Translations under genes and position numbers: made by a program | Notes under the pieces: generated by a model | The model's database searches: none | Seen by the model: only the letters and a program-made list of their open reading frames with translations | What the model was told of the DNA's origin: nothing | From: an uncultured bacterium | Lineage (GTDB): Bacteria; Cyanobacteriota; Vampirovibrionia; Gastranaerophilales; Gastranaerophilaceae | DNA length: 64,000 nt | Reading direction: 5' to 3' | NCBI GenBank assembly: GCA_902462155.1 | Contig: CABQAQ010000008.1 | Coordinates: 38,613 to 102,612 of the forward strand | Part shown: positions 9,017-17,411 of the stretch, one piece after another | How positions within the stretch are numbered: the stretch's first letter is position 1 | How the letters are laid out: each line of letters opens with the position of its first letter

Positions 9017-10228
9017 ATGTGGGAAAATGAAGTTAATATTAATGAAATTAAAGAAATTAGAGTGAAACCAAATGTATATTTTGGTGTTAATGCTATTAAC
9101 AAAATTGATGATATTCTAAAAAATTTAAAATCAAATGGTGTAAAAAATTTAATTGTAATATCCGGTAAAAATGCTTATAAATCTACAGGAGCGTGGGATG
9201 TTGTAGAAAAGGCATTAAAAGAAAATAATATAGGTTATGTAAATTATGATAAAGTAACACCAAACCCTACAGTTGATCATATTGATCAGGCTTGTGATTT
9301 AGCCAGATCTATAAATTCAGATGCTGTTATTGGTATAGGTGGCGGATCTCCTATTGATACAGCTAAAAGTGTTGCTATTTTACTTGAAAATAGTCAATAT
9401 AATGCTCGTGATTTATATACTTTTAAATTTACTCCTAGTAAAGCTAAACCTATTGTTGCTATTAATTTGACCCACGGTACTGGTACAGAAGCTAATAGAT
9501 TTGCTGTTGCTACTATTCCTGAAACAAATTTTAAACCGGCTATTGCTTATGATTGTATTTATCCTTTTGCATCGATTGATGATCCGAAATTAATGTCATC
9601 TTTAAGTCCTAAGCAAACTTTATATGTTTCTATTGATGCTGTGAATCACGCTTTTGAAGCGGCTACTTCTAAAGTTGCTTCTTCTTATGCTATTTCTACT
9701 GCTTATGAAACTATTAATTTAGTTGCAACTTACTTACCTAAAATTATTAAGAATCCGGATGATTTACAAGCCAGATACTTCTTATTGTATGCTTCTTTAT
9801 TAGGTGGAGTCTCTTTTGATAATGGTCTTTTACATTTAACTCACGCTTTAGAACATCCGTTAAGTGGTATAAATCCAAATTTAACTCATGGTTTAGGCTT
9901 AGCTATTCTATTACCGGCTGTTGTTAAACAATGTTATGAAGCTAAACCTCAGACTTGCTCTTATATTTTAAGTCCGATTGCAAAATTACTAAAAGGTGAA
10001 AAATCAGAAGCTTTAACAGCAGCAAAAGCTGTAGAAAAATGGTTGTTGAATCTTGGTGTCGATTCAAAATTAAAGGATGTAGGATTTAATGAAAATGATG
10101 TTGATAAGCTTACAGAACTTACTTTTTCTACTCCATCTTTAGATGCTCTTTTACAGATTGCACCTATAGATGCTACTAAAGAAAAAGTTGCCCAAATTTT
10201 TAAAGAATCTTTTTCTTATTATAATTAA
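9017..10228 (+). CDS. iron-containing (group III) alcohol dehydrogenase
   Basis: 403 aa. GIGGGSPIDTAK nucleotide-binding motif and metal-ligand histidines in LTHALEHPLSG. Confidence 0.8.
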   Translation: MWENEVNINEIKEIRVKPNVYFGVNAINKIDDILKNLKSNGVKNLIVISGKNAYKSTGAWDVVEKALKENNIGYVNYDKVTPNPTVDHIDQACDLARSINSDAVIGIGGGSPIDTAKSVAILLENSQYNARDLYTFKFTPSKAKPIVAINLTHGTGTEANRFAVATIPETNFKPAIAYDCIYPFASIDDPKLMSSLSPKQTLYVSIDAVNHAFEAATSKVASSYAISTAYETINLVATYLPKIIKNPDDLQARYFLLYASLLGGVSFDNGLLHLTHALEHPLSGINPNLTHGLGLAILLPAVVKQCYEAKPQTCSYILSPIAKLLKGEKSEALTAAKAVEKWLLNLGVDSKLKDVGFNENDVDKLTELTFSTPSLDALLQIAPIDATKEKVAQIFKESFSYYN

Positions 10229-10290
10229 TAATTTTTTCTTTAGATCGGTATTTCATTTGATCTAAATTAATTTATTTTTTATAGATTTTT

Positions 10291-10335
10291 AACCGGTGAA
10301 AAAATAAATTTTTATTTTTTCACCGGTTTTATTTT
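10291..10335 (+). terminator. rho-independent terminator after the alcohol dehydrogenase gene
   Basis: 18-nt arms aaccggtgaaaaaataaa / tttattttttcaccggtt followed by a T-rich tail. A weaker hairpin (tttagatc...gatctaaa) lies at 10239-10266. Confidence 0.7.
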
Positions 10336-10407
10336 AATTTTATTCCTTTTTATAAAGTTATTAAAATCGGTATTTACGTTTACTAAAAATAAATACTGAA
10401 AAAATTT

Positions 10408-10437
10408 TTGAGTCATATTAAAAATGTACTCTATAAT
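10408..10437 (+). promoter_or_regulatory. candidate promoter of the three-gene module
   Basis: TTGAGT (10408-10413), 18-nt spacer, TATAAT (10432-10437). The leader would be very short. Confidence 0.35.
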
Positions 10438-10451
10438 ATGAAAGGAAATAT

Positions 10452-11294
10452 ATGTCAACATTTACAGTTCCGAATACTTTTATACCAGGTACTAAAGCAA
10501 AAGCTGAAGAGGTAAATGCTAATTTTAGTGAATTATGTTCTCATTTAGAAACACTAAATACCTCTTTAAATACAAAATCTAATGCTTCTGAAACACCTGT
10601 GAATATTCTAACCGGTTTAACTTTATCATTTGATAATGATACGAATCAACTTACTATTCAGAAGGGTTATACTAATGATAGTACAGATACTAAACTATTA
10701 AAATTATCTTCTGCAATTAAAAAAGTTTTTAGTTCAAACTTTGTTCCCGGCACAGGAAACAATGGGCTTGATACAGGAACTGTTGCAGCTAGTTCACAAT
10801 ACTATGTTTTTTTAATTTCTCAAGAAGGAGATGATACGGATGTTTTAATATCTTTGTCTAAGACTCCTACATTGCCTAATAATTATGTTTATTATAAAAG
10901 GATAGGTAATTTTGTAACGAATGGAAGTTCTCAAGTAGAGGCAGTATACCCATCTCAAAACATAATACATAAAGTTCAAACTGAGCATTTTGGTCATTTT
11001 GCTTTACCGGCATTTTTTTCTGGATATGAGGTTAAAAAATGGGATACTATCCATTATGCAAATTATAATACTTGGTTAAATATTCAATTTGGTATTTATA
11101 CAAATGTATCATTTTCTTTAAATGTAGGAAATACAAGTTCAACGGTTAATATGCAGGTTATAAATGCCAGTAATGCAGATACAGCTAGTATTTTTAATAA
11201 AATATTTATACCTATACCTAAAGGCACTTATTATAAATGTTCTGGTGGTGGAAGTTCCGTTCAAATTTTAGCATTCAAGTGTAATGAAGTATAA
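10452..11294 (+). CDS. hypothetical protein with a phage tail-fibre-like N-terminus
   Basis: 280 aa. The N-terminus MSTFTVPNTFIPGTKAKAEEVNANFSEL resembles the conserved start of many phage tail-fibre and receptor-binding proteins. The rest is Ser/Thr/Asn-rich. The call rests on pattern recognition only. Confidence 0.45.
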   Translation: MSTFTVPNTFIPGTKAKAEEVNANFSELCSHLETLNTSLNTKSNASETPVNILTGLTLSFDNDTNQLTIQKGYTNDSTDTKLLKLSSAIKKVFSSNFVPGTGNNGLDTGTVAASSQYYVFLISQEGDDTDVLISLSKTPTLPNNYVYYKRIGNFVTNGSSQVEAVYPSQNIIHKVQTEHFGHFALPAFFSGYEVKKWDTIHYANYNTWLNIQFGIYTNVSFSLNVGNTSSTVNMQVINASNADTASIFNKIFIPIPKGTYYKCSGGGSSVQILAFKCNEV

Positions 11295-11322
11295 ATCAAA
11301 ATAGAAAGGTTTAAAATATATA

Positions 11323-11829
11323 ATGATTAAATTAGCGTATGATAATTTAACAGGAAAAGGTATTGAAAAAATATCTGGAGATATTGAAGATATTGATTTA
11401 GTAAATATAGTTATTCCTGAAAATTTAGAAGATTATCCGGCTTCAATGTTATATGTAGAAAATGGAGAAGTCCTTTTAAATCAGCAACTGGCAAGGCTAA
11501 AAGAAATAGATAATTTATTGATTAAATTAGATTCAGATTATAAAGATGAACTACAAGTACCTATCTTGTATACAAATGGTAAATCTTATAAGGGTGAATA
11601 TTTAGAAAATTACTATAGATTATTAGTTTCAAATAGTTTCCCAAAAGATATATGGGACATTAGCAAACTTGAAAATAATAAATTAAGCATGACAAAAGAT
11701 GAATTAGCAAATTTAACTTCATTTATTGAAGCTCAAATTGAGTTGGTTTACCAAGAATATAAGCAAAGCAAATCTGAGTTGCTTTTAGAAAAACAGCAAA
11801 TAGAATCAGCTATAGATAATAATAATTAG
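11323..11829 (+). CDS. hypothetical protein (possibly tail-fibre-assembly/DUF4376-like)
   Basis: 168-aa ORF directly downstream of the tail-fibre-like gene. Acidic, with a coiled-coil C-terminus. The functional call is weak. Confidence 0.4.
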   Translation: MIKLAYDNLTGKGIEKISGDIEDIDLVNIVIPENLEDYPASMLYVENGEVLLNQQLARLKEIDNLLIKLDSDYKDELQVPILYTNGKSYKGEYLENYYRLLVSNSFPKDIWDISKLENNKLSMTKDELANLTSFIEAQIELVYQEYKQSKSELLLEKQQIESAIDNNN

Positions 11830-11846
11830 AAAGGAATAATTTATTA

Positions 11847-12131
11847 ATGACTCATATTGCAAAAATTTCTGTAAATAATATTTGGTCTAAACTAGAAGAT
11901 TTAATAAAAGCAAAAAAATCTGATTTTGTATTTGAAGATAATAAGAGATATACAATTCAGAATATTGGTCATACTATATATATAAAAGAAGCATCTAGTG
12001 TTCCAATAGAAGATGGTGGATTTATTAAGACAGCTAATGAGAATCCTTTGATATATTTAAAAGGACAAGATGATTTATATGTCAAAGCCGAGTCTTGTAA
12101 TTCTGTATTAAATATTGGTGATAATGAATAA
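11847..12131 (+). CDS. hypothetical small protein
   Basis: 94-aa ORF, third gene of the module. No motif recognised. Confidence 0.45.
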   Translation: MTHIAKISVNNIWSKLEDLIKAKKSDFVFEDNKRYTIQNIGHTIYIKEASSVPIEDGGFIKTANENPLIYLKGQDDLYVKAESCNSVLNIGDNE

Positions 12132-12160
12132 TTTTTAAATTTAATAAAATAAAAATAGGA

Positions 12161-12199
12161 AAGCTTCAATTATTTATTTTAAATAATTGAAGCTTTTTG
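12161..12199 (+). terminator. rho-independent terminator closing the three-gene module
   Basis: Perfect 15-bp stem aagcttcaattattt / aaataattgaagctt (12161-12175 and 12181-12195), 5-nt loop, then TTTT. Confidence 0.75.
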
Positions 12200-12212
12200 T
12201 ATACTTAAACAT

Positions 12213-12241
12213 AAAAAAAAACAACCTTTTGTGGAGGTTGT
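12213..12241 (-). terminator. orphan minus-strand rho-independent terminator
   Basis: Read on the minus strand: acaacct-ccacaaa-aggttgt followed by T9 (A9 at 12213-12221 on the plus strand). No minus-strand ORF lies upstream of it. Confidence 0.55.
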
Positions 12242-12375
12242 AAAGTTTGAGTGTTGAATCATATCAAAGTGTGTGTATCAATATAAGGAAAAATAAATTT
12301 AGCTTTCTCTAAAACTCATTATGTAATACTTATATACTTATAAACGACAAATTCACTAAAAACTTTACTTTTTTG
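12240..12375. ncRNA. candidate structured non-coding element (class unknown)
   Basis: Long-range helix: gtaaagttt (12240-12248) pairs with aaactttac (12360-12368). It extends through agtg/cact and aat/att. It encloses about 90 nt, abuts the terminator hairpin, and is followed by T6 on the plus strand. Only 6-aa and terminator-spanning ORFs occur on either strand. Confidence 0.3.
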
Positions 12376-12514
12376 GAGTAAATATTAAGAAATTGTTACA
12401 ATTATTATATATAATATATATTCTTGAATGTTGAACGTTATAAGCAAAGTCTGTCTGTTGTTGTAAAAAAAATATTTATTATATAGTAATAAAATTTTTT
12501 ATGATAATATAAAA

Positions 12515-12829
12515 ATGGAGGTAAATGTTGTTATGGAAAATATAATAGCGAGTTTATTTGATTTTCAATCACATAAATTTTCTATATTTGAAATAGGCAT
12601 GTTATTTTGTTTTGGCATAAGTTGGCCGTTTGCTGTAGCAAAAACTTATAAAACAAAAAATGTAGAAGGAAAAAGTATTGTATTCCTTAATTTTGTAATT
12701 ATAGGTTATGCTCTTGGGATTATTCATAAACTATTATATAATTTAGATATTGTTATATTGTTATATGTTCTTAATGAAATTTTAGTTTTAATGGATCTCT
12801 TTTTATGGTTTAGATATAGGAAAGTTTAA
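12515..12829 (+). CDS. small three-TM membrane protein, PQ-loop/SemiSWEET-like
   Basis: 104 aa. WPFAVAKTYKTKNVEGKSIVF resembles the PQ-loop motif (PQxxKxxKxKSxxGxS). A GGAGG at 12517-12521 suggests the real start may be the ATG at 12533. Confidence 0.4.
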   Translation: MEVNVVMENIIASLFDFQSHKFSIFEIGMLFCFGISWPFAVAKTYKTKNVEGKSIVFLNFVIIGYALGIIHKLLYNLDIVILLYVLNEILVLMDLFLWFRYRKV

Positions 12830-12834
12830 ATTAT

Positions 12835-13752
12835 ATGAAAAAATTAATACTAATATTTTTTATTTTTAACTTGGTTAGTTTGCCTATATTGGCAGAAGAA
12901 AATAGTAAAGAGCTTTATCTTGATGAAACATTAAAGTCTAAAATTATGAATATAGGCTTTGTTCGTCATATTAAGAAAGATGATATTACTATAATTAAAA
13001 ATACAATTATGGATGTGGCTAAATATTCATCAAAAAAGAATTCGGTTAAATTAAAAAAATTATATTCTTCAAAGTTTGTATCAGAAGATGGGTTTGATTA
13101 TAATACATATTTTGACATGGCACAAAAAACTTGGGATATTTATTCTGATTTAGGATTTCAAATAATAATAAAAGATATTACTATAAATGGAAATTATGCA
13201 ATAGTATCTTGTGTTGAAAATTTTAACGGCGAAACAAAAGAAACTATTAAAAATATAAAAGATAAAGGTGCATTAAAATCCACTTCAAAAACAATCTATT
13301 ATCTAGAAAAAATAGGGTCAGATTGGTTGATTACATCATATAATGCAATAGATGAATATACTACTTTAAAGTATGGTAGTGCAAAAATGTTTGATTTTAA
13401 ACTTATAGCGCCTTCAATTGTAAAAACGGATCAGGATTATACAATTTCCTTAGAAACAATGACCCAATCAAATGATATAGTGTTAGCATCTTTGACAAAT
13501 GAACCAATAGTATATCCGCCTGTAACACCTGAAGAAATATTTAAAAAAGCTGATGTTCAAGTACCTTTAGAAAGAGTCGTAAGATCAAATAAAGCAGGAT
13601 ATAATGAAAATGCCATAGCCTCAATAGGTATTACTTCAAAATTACTTGGTAAAGACAAAGAGTCAGTAAAAGTGGGTTTATCAGGTATTGCATTTGTAAT
13701 ATCACGGGTTAATGTTATACTAGATAGAAAATACGAACTTGAAGGAAATTAA
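12835..13752 (+). CDS. secreted hypothetical protein
   Basis: 305 aa with signal peptide MKKLILIFFIFNLVSLPILA. No catalytic motif recognised. Confidence 0.55.
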   Translation: MKKLILIFFIFNLVSLPILAEENSKELYLDETLKSKIMNIGFVRHIKKDDITIIKNTIMDVAKYSSKKNSVKLKKLYSSKFVSEDGFDYNTYFDMAQKTWDIYSDLGFQIIIKDITINGNYAIVSCVENFNGETKETIKNIKDKGALKSTSKTIYYLEKIGSDWLITSYNAIDEYTTLKYGSAKMFDFKLIAPSIVKTDQDYTISLETMTQSNDIVLASLTNEPIVYPPVTPEEIFKKADVQVPLERVVRSNKAGYNENAIASIGITSKLLGKDKESVKVGLSGIAFVISRVNVILDRKYELEGN

Positions 13753-13755
13753 TTT

Positions 13756-14217
13756 ATGAGTTTGAGATACAAAAGATTAATATATTTTTTTTCTATTGTA
13801 ATATCATTAACTTTATTTTCTTTTGTTCTTAAATATTTAACATTATCCTATTTTCCGCTTAACGGAACATTTGATGGAAAATTTTTTACTCTTTATTATT
13901 TAAAAAATACAGGAGCGGCTTTTAGTTTATTTCAAAATAATACATTATTTTTAATAATAATTACGATACTATTATTATTAACAGGTTTAGTATGGATTTT
14001 TAAAAATATCAATAAACTTTCATTTTTATCATTGACAGCTTTAACATTATTATATTCAGGAGTTTTAGGTAATTTATATGAAAGATTAGTATATGGAGGA
14101 GTAATAGATTTTTTTAAGCTTAAATTTATAAATTTCCCTGTGTTTAATTATTTTGATATTTTAATTACAATAGGTATTGTGCTATTAATTATTAGAATTT
14201 TGATAAAAAATGAATAA
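13756..14217 (+). CDS. lspA: lipoprotein signal peptidase II
   Basis: 153 aa, four TM segments, NTGAAFS and VIDFF motifs. Confidence 0.85.
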   Translation: MSLRYKRLIYFFSIVISLTLFSFVLKYLTLSYFPLNGTFDGKFFTLYYLKNTGAAFSLFQNNTLFLIIITILLLLTGLVWIFKNINKLSFLSLTALTLLYSGVLGNLYERLVYGGVIDFFKLKFINFPVFNYFDILITIGIVLLIIRILIKNE

Positions 14218-15139
14218 AAATCAGATAATAAAAGTAGATGAAGAGTCAAAAGATTTTAGATTAGATATATATATAGCAAGTATTTTTGATTCAATATCAA
14301 GAAGTTTGATTCAAAAGAATATAAAAAATGGGAATATTCTTGTAAATAAAAAGCTAAGTAAAGCCTCATATATATTAAAAGAAAAAGATGAGATAGAAAT
14401 AGTAAATATAGAGATACCATTAATAAACATAGAACCTGAAAATATAAAGCTAGATATAAGATACGAAGATGAGGATATGTTAGTAGTAAATAAACCTAAA
14501 AATATGCTTACACATCCTACATATAAAGAGAAAAATAATACATTAGTGAATGCGTTATTATACAGATATGGAAAAGAAGGATTATCAGATATAAATGGAG
14601 AATTTAGAAGTGGAATAGTGCATAGGCTAGATAGAAATACGTCAGGTTTATTAATGGTTGCAAAAAATAATCAAGCACATATTCATTTAGCAAATCAGAT
14701 AAGAACTAAAACCGCAAGAAGGAAATATTTAGCGATTGTAGAAGGAGTAGTAAAAGAAGATAAAGGAGTAATAGAAACATATATAGGGAGGGATCCTATC
14801 CATAAAGAGAAAATGGCGGTATTAAAAGATGAAGGTAAATATTCAATAACAGAATATAAAGTAATAGAAAGATTTAAGGCCAATACATATATAAAATTAG
14901 AATTAAAAACAGGTAGAACGCACCAGATAAGAGTTCATATGAGGCATATTGGTCATAGAATAGTAAATGATTCTTTATATGGAGCAAGAAGAATCAGTGT
15001 CAAAACAATGGAACAAGTACTTCAAGCTAATGAGTTAAAATTTTATCCTTTAAATGAAGAAGAGTATGTTAATATAAAAATAGAAGAAGATAATGATATA
15101 AAAAAAGTATTAAATTATTTAAGGAGTAACAAAATATGA
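14210..15139 (+). CDS. rluD: 23S rRNA pseudouridine synthase, RluD family
   Basis: 309 aa. N-terminal S4-like domain and catalytic HRLDRNTSGLL, followed by TGRTHQIRVH. Confidence 0.85.
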   Translation: MNKNQIIKVDEESKDFRLDIYIASIFDSISRSLIQKNIKNGNILVNKKLSKASYILKEKDEIEIVNIEIPLINIEPENIKLDIRYEDEDMLVVNKPKNMLTHPTYKEKNNTLVNALLYRYGKEGLSDINGEFRSGIVHRLDRNTSGLLMVAKNNQAHIHLANQIRTKTARRKYLAIVEGVVKEDKGVIETYIGRDPIHKEKMAVLKDEGKYSITEYKVIERFKANTYIKLELKTGRTHQIRVHMRHIGHRIVNDSLYGARRISVKTMEQVLQANELKFYPLNEEEYVNIKIEEDNDIKKVLNYLRSNKI

Positions 15140-15486
15140 AAAAGTACCTATATTTATTAATGGCCATGTTATGTATACTAATAGTATTAGGATTAATAAT
15201 ATTAGTACCGGATATAAATTTTAATATATTTATGCCAATATTAGTAAAAAAAATATCGTTTAATATAAGCCAATATTCATTAATAGTATGGATATTAGGC
15301 TTATTAGGAGGAATAAATTTTGCATTATTTTATATTACACAAAGGAATGCGATAATAAAATCATACGAAAAAAGATACGAAAAAATGTCTGTAAAAAAAG
15401 ATGAAGATGAGTCAAAAGTAAAAGTGTTAGAATCGAAAATAAAGACATTAGAAAAAGCATTAGAAAAAGCATTAAAAAAAGAATAA
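15136..15486 (+). CDS. membrane protein with coiled-coil tail (LapA-domain-like)
   Basis: 116 aa with two TM helices and a Lys/Glu coiled coil. Overlaps rluD by 4 nt. Confidence 0.45.
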   Translation: MKKYLYLLMAMLCILIVLGLIILVPDINFNIFMPILVKKISFNISQYSLIVWILGLLGGINFALFYITQRNAIIKSYEKRYEKMSVKKDEDESKVKVLESKIKTLEKALEKALKKE

Positions 15487-15490
15487 GTAA

Positions 15491-15520
15491 TTGACAAGGG
15501 AGTATAGTTGTAGTTAGATA
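15491..15520 (+). promoter_or_regulatory. candidate rpsL promoter
   Basis: Consensus TTGACA at 15491-15496. The -10 candidates are weak (TTAGAT or TAGATA at 17-18 nt). Confidence 0.3.
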
Positions 15521-15615
15521 TAAGTACTTCCAAAAAATATTTGAAGGGGTATAGTGCGTTGAATACCTTAAAAATATTAAAATAAATAAAAAACAATAGA
15601 CTAAAAGGAGAAAAT

Positions 15616-15990
15616 ATGCCAACTATCGCACAGTTAGTTCGCAAAGAACGTAAAAAATTAATAGATAAAACAAAATCCCCAGCACTAATGAACTGCCCAC
15701 AAAGACGTGGTGTATGTACAAGAGTGTATACAACAACACCTAAAAAACCTAATTCTGCTTTAAGAAAAGTAGCTCGTGTAAGGTTAACAAATGGTTTTGA
15801 AGTAACATCTTATATTCCTGGAATAGGGCATAATTTACAAGAACACTCTGTAGTATTAATAAGAGGAGGTCGTGTAAAGGATCTACCAGGTGTAAGATAT
15901 CATATTATTCGAGGAACTTTAGATACAGCAGGTGTTCAAAAACGTGCACAAGCTAGATCAAAATATGGTGCAAAAAGAGCTAAGAAATAG
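15616..15990 (+). CDS. rpsL: 30S ribosomal protein S12
   Basis: 124 aa, [10 protein letters not shown]...[11 protein letters not shown]...[11 protein letters not shown]. Strong GGAG ribosome-binding site. Confidence 0.97.
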   Translation: MPTIAQLVRKERKKLIDKTKSPALMNCPQRRGVCTRVYTTTPKKPNSALRKVARVRLTNGFEVTSYIPGIGHNLQEHSVVLIRGGRVKDLPGVRYHIIRGTLDTAGVQKRAQARSKYGAKRAKK

Positions 15991-16013
15991 GAATAAGGAA
16001 GGGTTGTATAAAA

Positions 16014-16484
16014 ATGTCAAGACGTAGTAAGCCGGCAAGACGTGTTCCAGTAGCAGATCCTGTGTATAATAACGTTGATGTCGCTAAATTTATTAATAGA
16101 TTAATGAGACGTGGAAAAAAATCTTTAGCAGAAAGAATATTCTACTCTACAATGGAAAAAGTAAAAGAAAAATTAAATCAAGAACCAATGGATGTTTTTA
16201 AAACAGCATTAACAAATGTAACACCATTATTAGAAGTAAAAGCAAGAAGAATAGGTGGTTCTACATATCAAGTGCCTATAGAAGTAAAACCTGATAGAGG
16301 TATGGCTTTAGGCGCAGGTTGGATTATTGATGCAGCTAAAAAACGTAATGGTAAATCAATGGTAGAAAAATTAACTAACGAAATTATAGATGCATCAAAT
16401 GCTTCAGGTGCAGCTGTTAAAAAACGTGAAGATACTCATAAAATGGCTGAAGCTAATAAAGCATTTGCTCATTATAGATATTAA
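16014..16484 (+). CDS. rpsG: 30S ribosomal protein S7
   Basis: 156 aa, canonical S7 sequence (MSRRSKPARR...EVKARRIGGSTYQVP...AFAHYRY). Confidence 0.97.
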   Translation: MSRRSKPARRVPVADPVYNNVDVAKFINRLMRRGKKSLAERIFYSTMEKVKEKLNQEPMDVFKTALTNVTPLLEVKARRIGGSTYQVPIEVKPDRGMALGAGWIIDAAKKRNGKSMVEKLTNEIIDASNASGAAVKKREDTHKMAEANKAFAHYRY

Positions 16485-16510
16485 TATAAATTAATATTAA
16501 TTATAGGTTA

Positions 16511-16546
16511 AAAAGCTTATCTGTTTTTAGGTAAGCTTTTTTATTT
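16511..16546 (+). terminator. rho-independent terminator after rpsG
   Basis: 11-bp stem aaaagcttatc / ggtaagctttt, 8-nt loop, T-rich tail. Confidence 0.6.
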
Positions 16547-16659
16547 AAATAGATATCTAAAATAGTTTTTGAGTATTAACTAAGAGTAGAATTTGTGATT
16601 CAAAAGTTAAGAAAGCTATAAATAAATACAACTGAAAATTTTGGGATTATATATGTATT

Positions 16660-17268
16660 ATGGATAAAGAAAAAGAATTAATAATAAAAAAACATGTGAT
16701 TAATAAAAAATTTTATGAAAGAGATCCATTAGAAGTTGCAAAAGATATATTAGGTTGCTATTTAATAAGGCGAACAGAAGATGATTTAATAATTTCACGA
16801 ATAGTTGAAGTAGAAGCATATAAAAAAGATGATCCGGCTTGTCACGCTTATAAAGGAAAAACAAAAAGGTCTATAACATTATTTAAAGAACCGGGTTTAA
16901 GTTATGTCTATTTAGTATATGGTATGTACAATTGCATAAATGTAGTAACAGAGAAAATTGAAGTACCAAGTGCAATATTAATAAGAGCAGTAGAGCCAAT
17001 ATCAGAAAATTGTTCCAACAACACCAATGGACCAGGAAAATTATGTAAAGCTCTTAACATTACAAAAACACATAACGAAATAGATCTTACCTCTTTTGAG
17101 AGTTGTATATTTATTGTAAATAAGTCTGCTAATTTATTAGATAAAGAAGTTAATAATAAAAATACAGAGCTAGAAATTATACAAACCACTAGAATAGGTA
17201 TATCACAAGCCGTAGATTATCCTTGGAGATTTTATATAAAAAATAATAAGTATGTATCAAAAAAATAA
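16660..17268 (+). CDS. mpg: 3-methyladenine DNA glycosylase (Mpg/AAG family)
   Basis: 202 aa. VEVEAY...DPACHAY.GKT.R....F..PG.SYVYLVYGMYNCINVV is typical of the family. Confidence 0.85.
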   Translation: MDKEKELIIKKHVINKKFYERDPLEVAKDILGCYLIRRTEDDLIISRIVEVEAYKKDDPACHAYKGKTKRSITLFKEPGLSYVYLVYGMYNCINVVTEKIEVPSAILIRAVEPISENCSNNTNGPGKLCKALNITKTHNEIDLTSFESCIFIVNKSANLLDKEVNNKNTELEIIQTTRIGISQAVDYPWRFYIKNNKYVSKK

Positions 17269-17348
17269 TTTAATTGTTTAATAAAATTTTTTATAAAGAA
17301 AAGAGCGGAGAACTTGTTAAAAGTATTTTTATAAATATAATTAAAATA

Positions 17349-17377
17349 TTGACTATTTTAATTATGTGAAAGATAAT
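17349..17377 (+). promoter_or_regulatory. sigma70-like promoter for the SLH-protein gene
   Basis: TTGACT (17349-17354), 17-nt spacer, GATAAT (17372-17377). Confidence 0.45.
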
Positions 17378-17411
17378 ATAAAATAAAAAACATTATAATA
17401 ATAAAAAAATA

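Noticed and set aside
12515-12829. The long upstream region as a riboswitch controlling the PQ-loop-like transporter gene.
   Set aside because: I recognise no known riboswitch consensus. The clearest structural signal (A9 plus hairpin) points to the opposite strand. It is reported as an unclassified candidate RNA instead.
15330-15644. Two overlapping minus-strand ORFs (104 and 95 aa) spanning the rpsL promoter region.
   Set aside because: They are low-complexity Phe/Leu-rich frames that run antisense into the LapA-like gene and the rpsL start. There is no ribosome-binding site.
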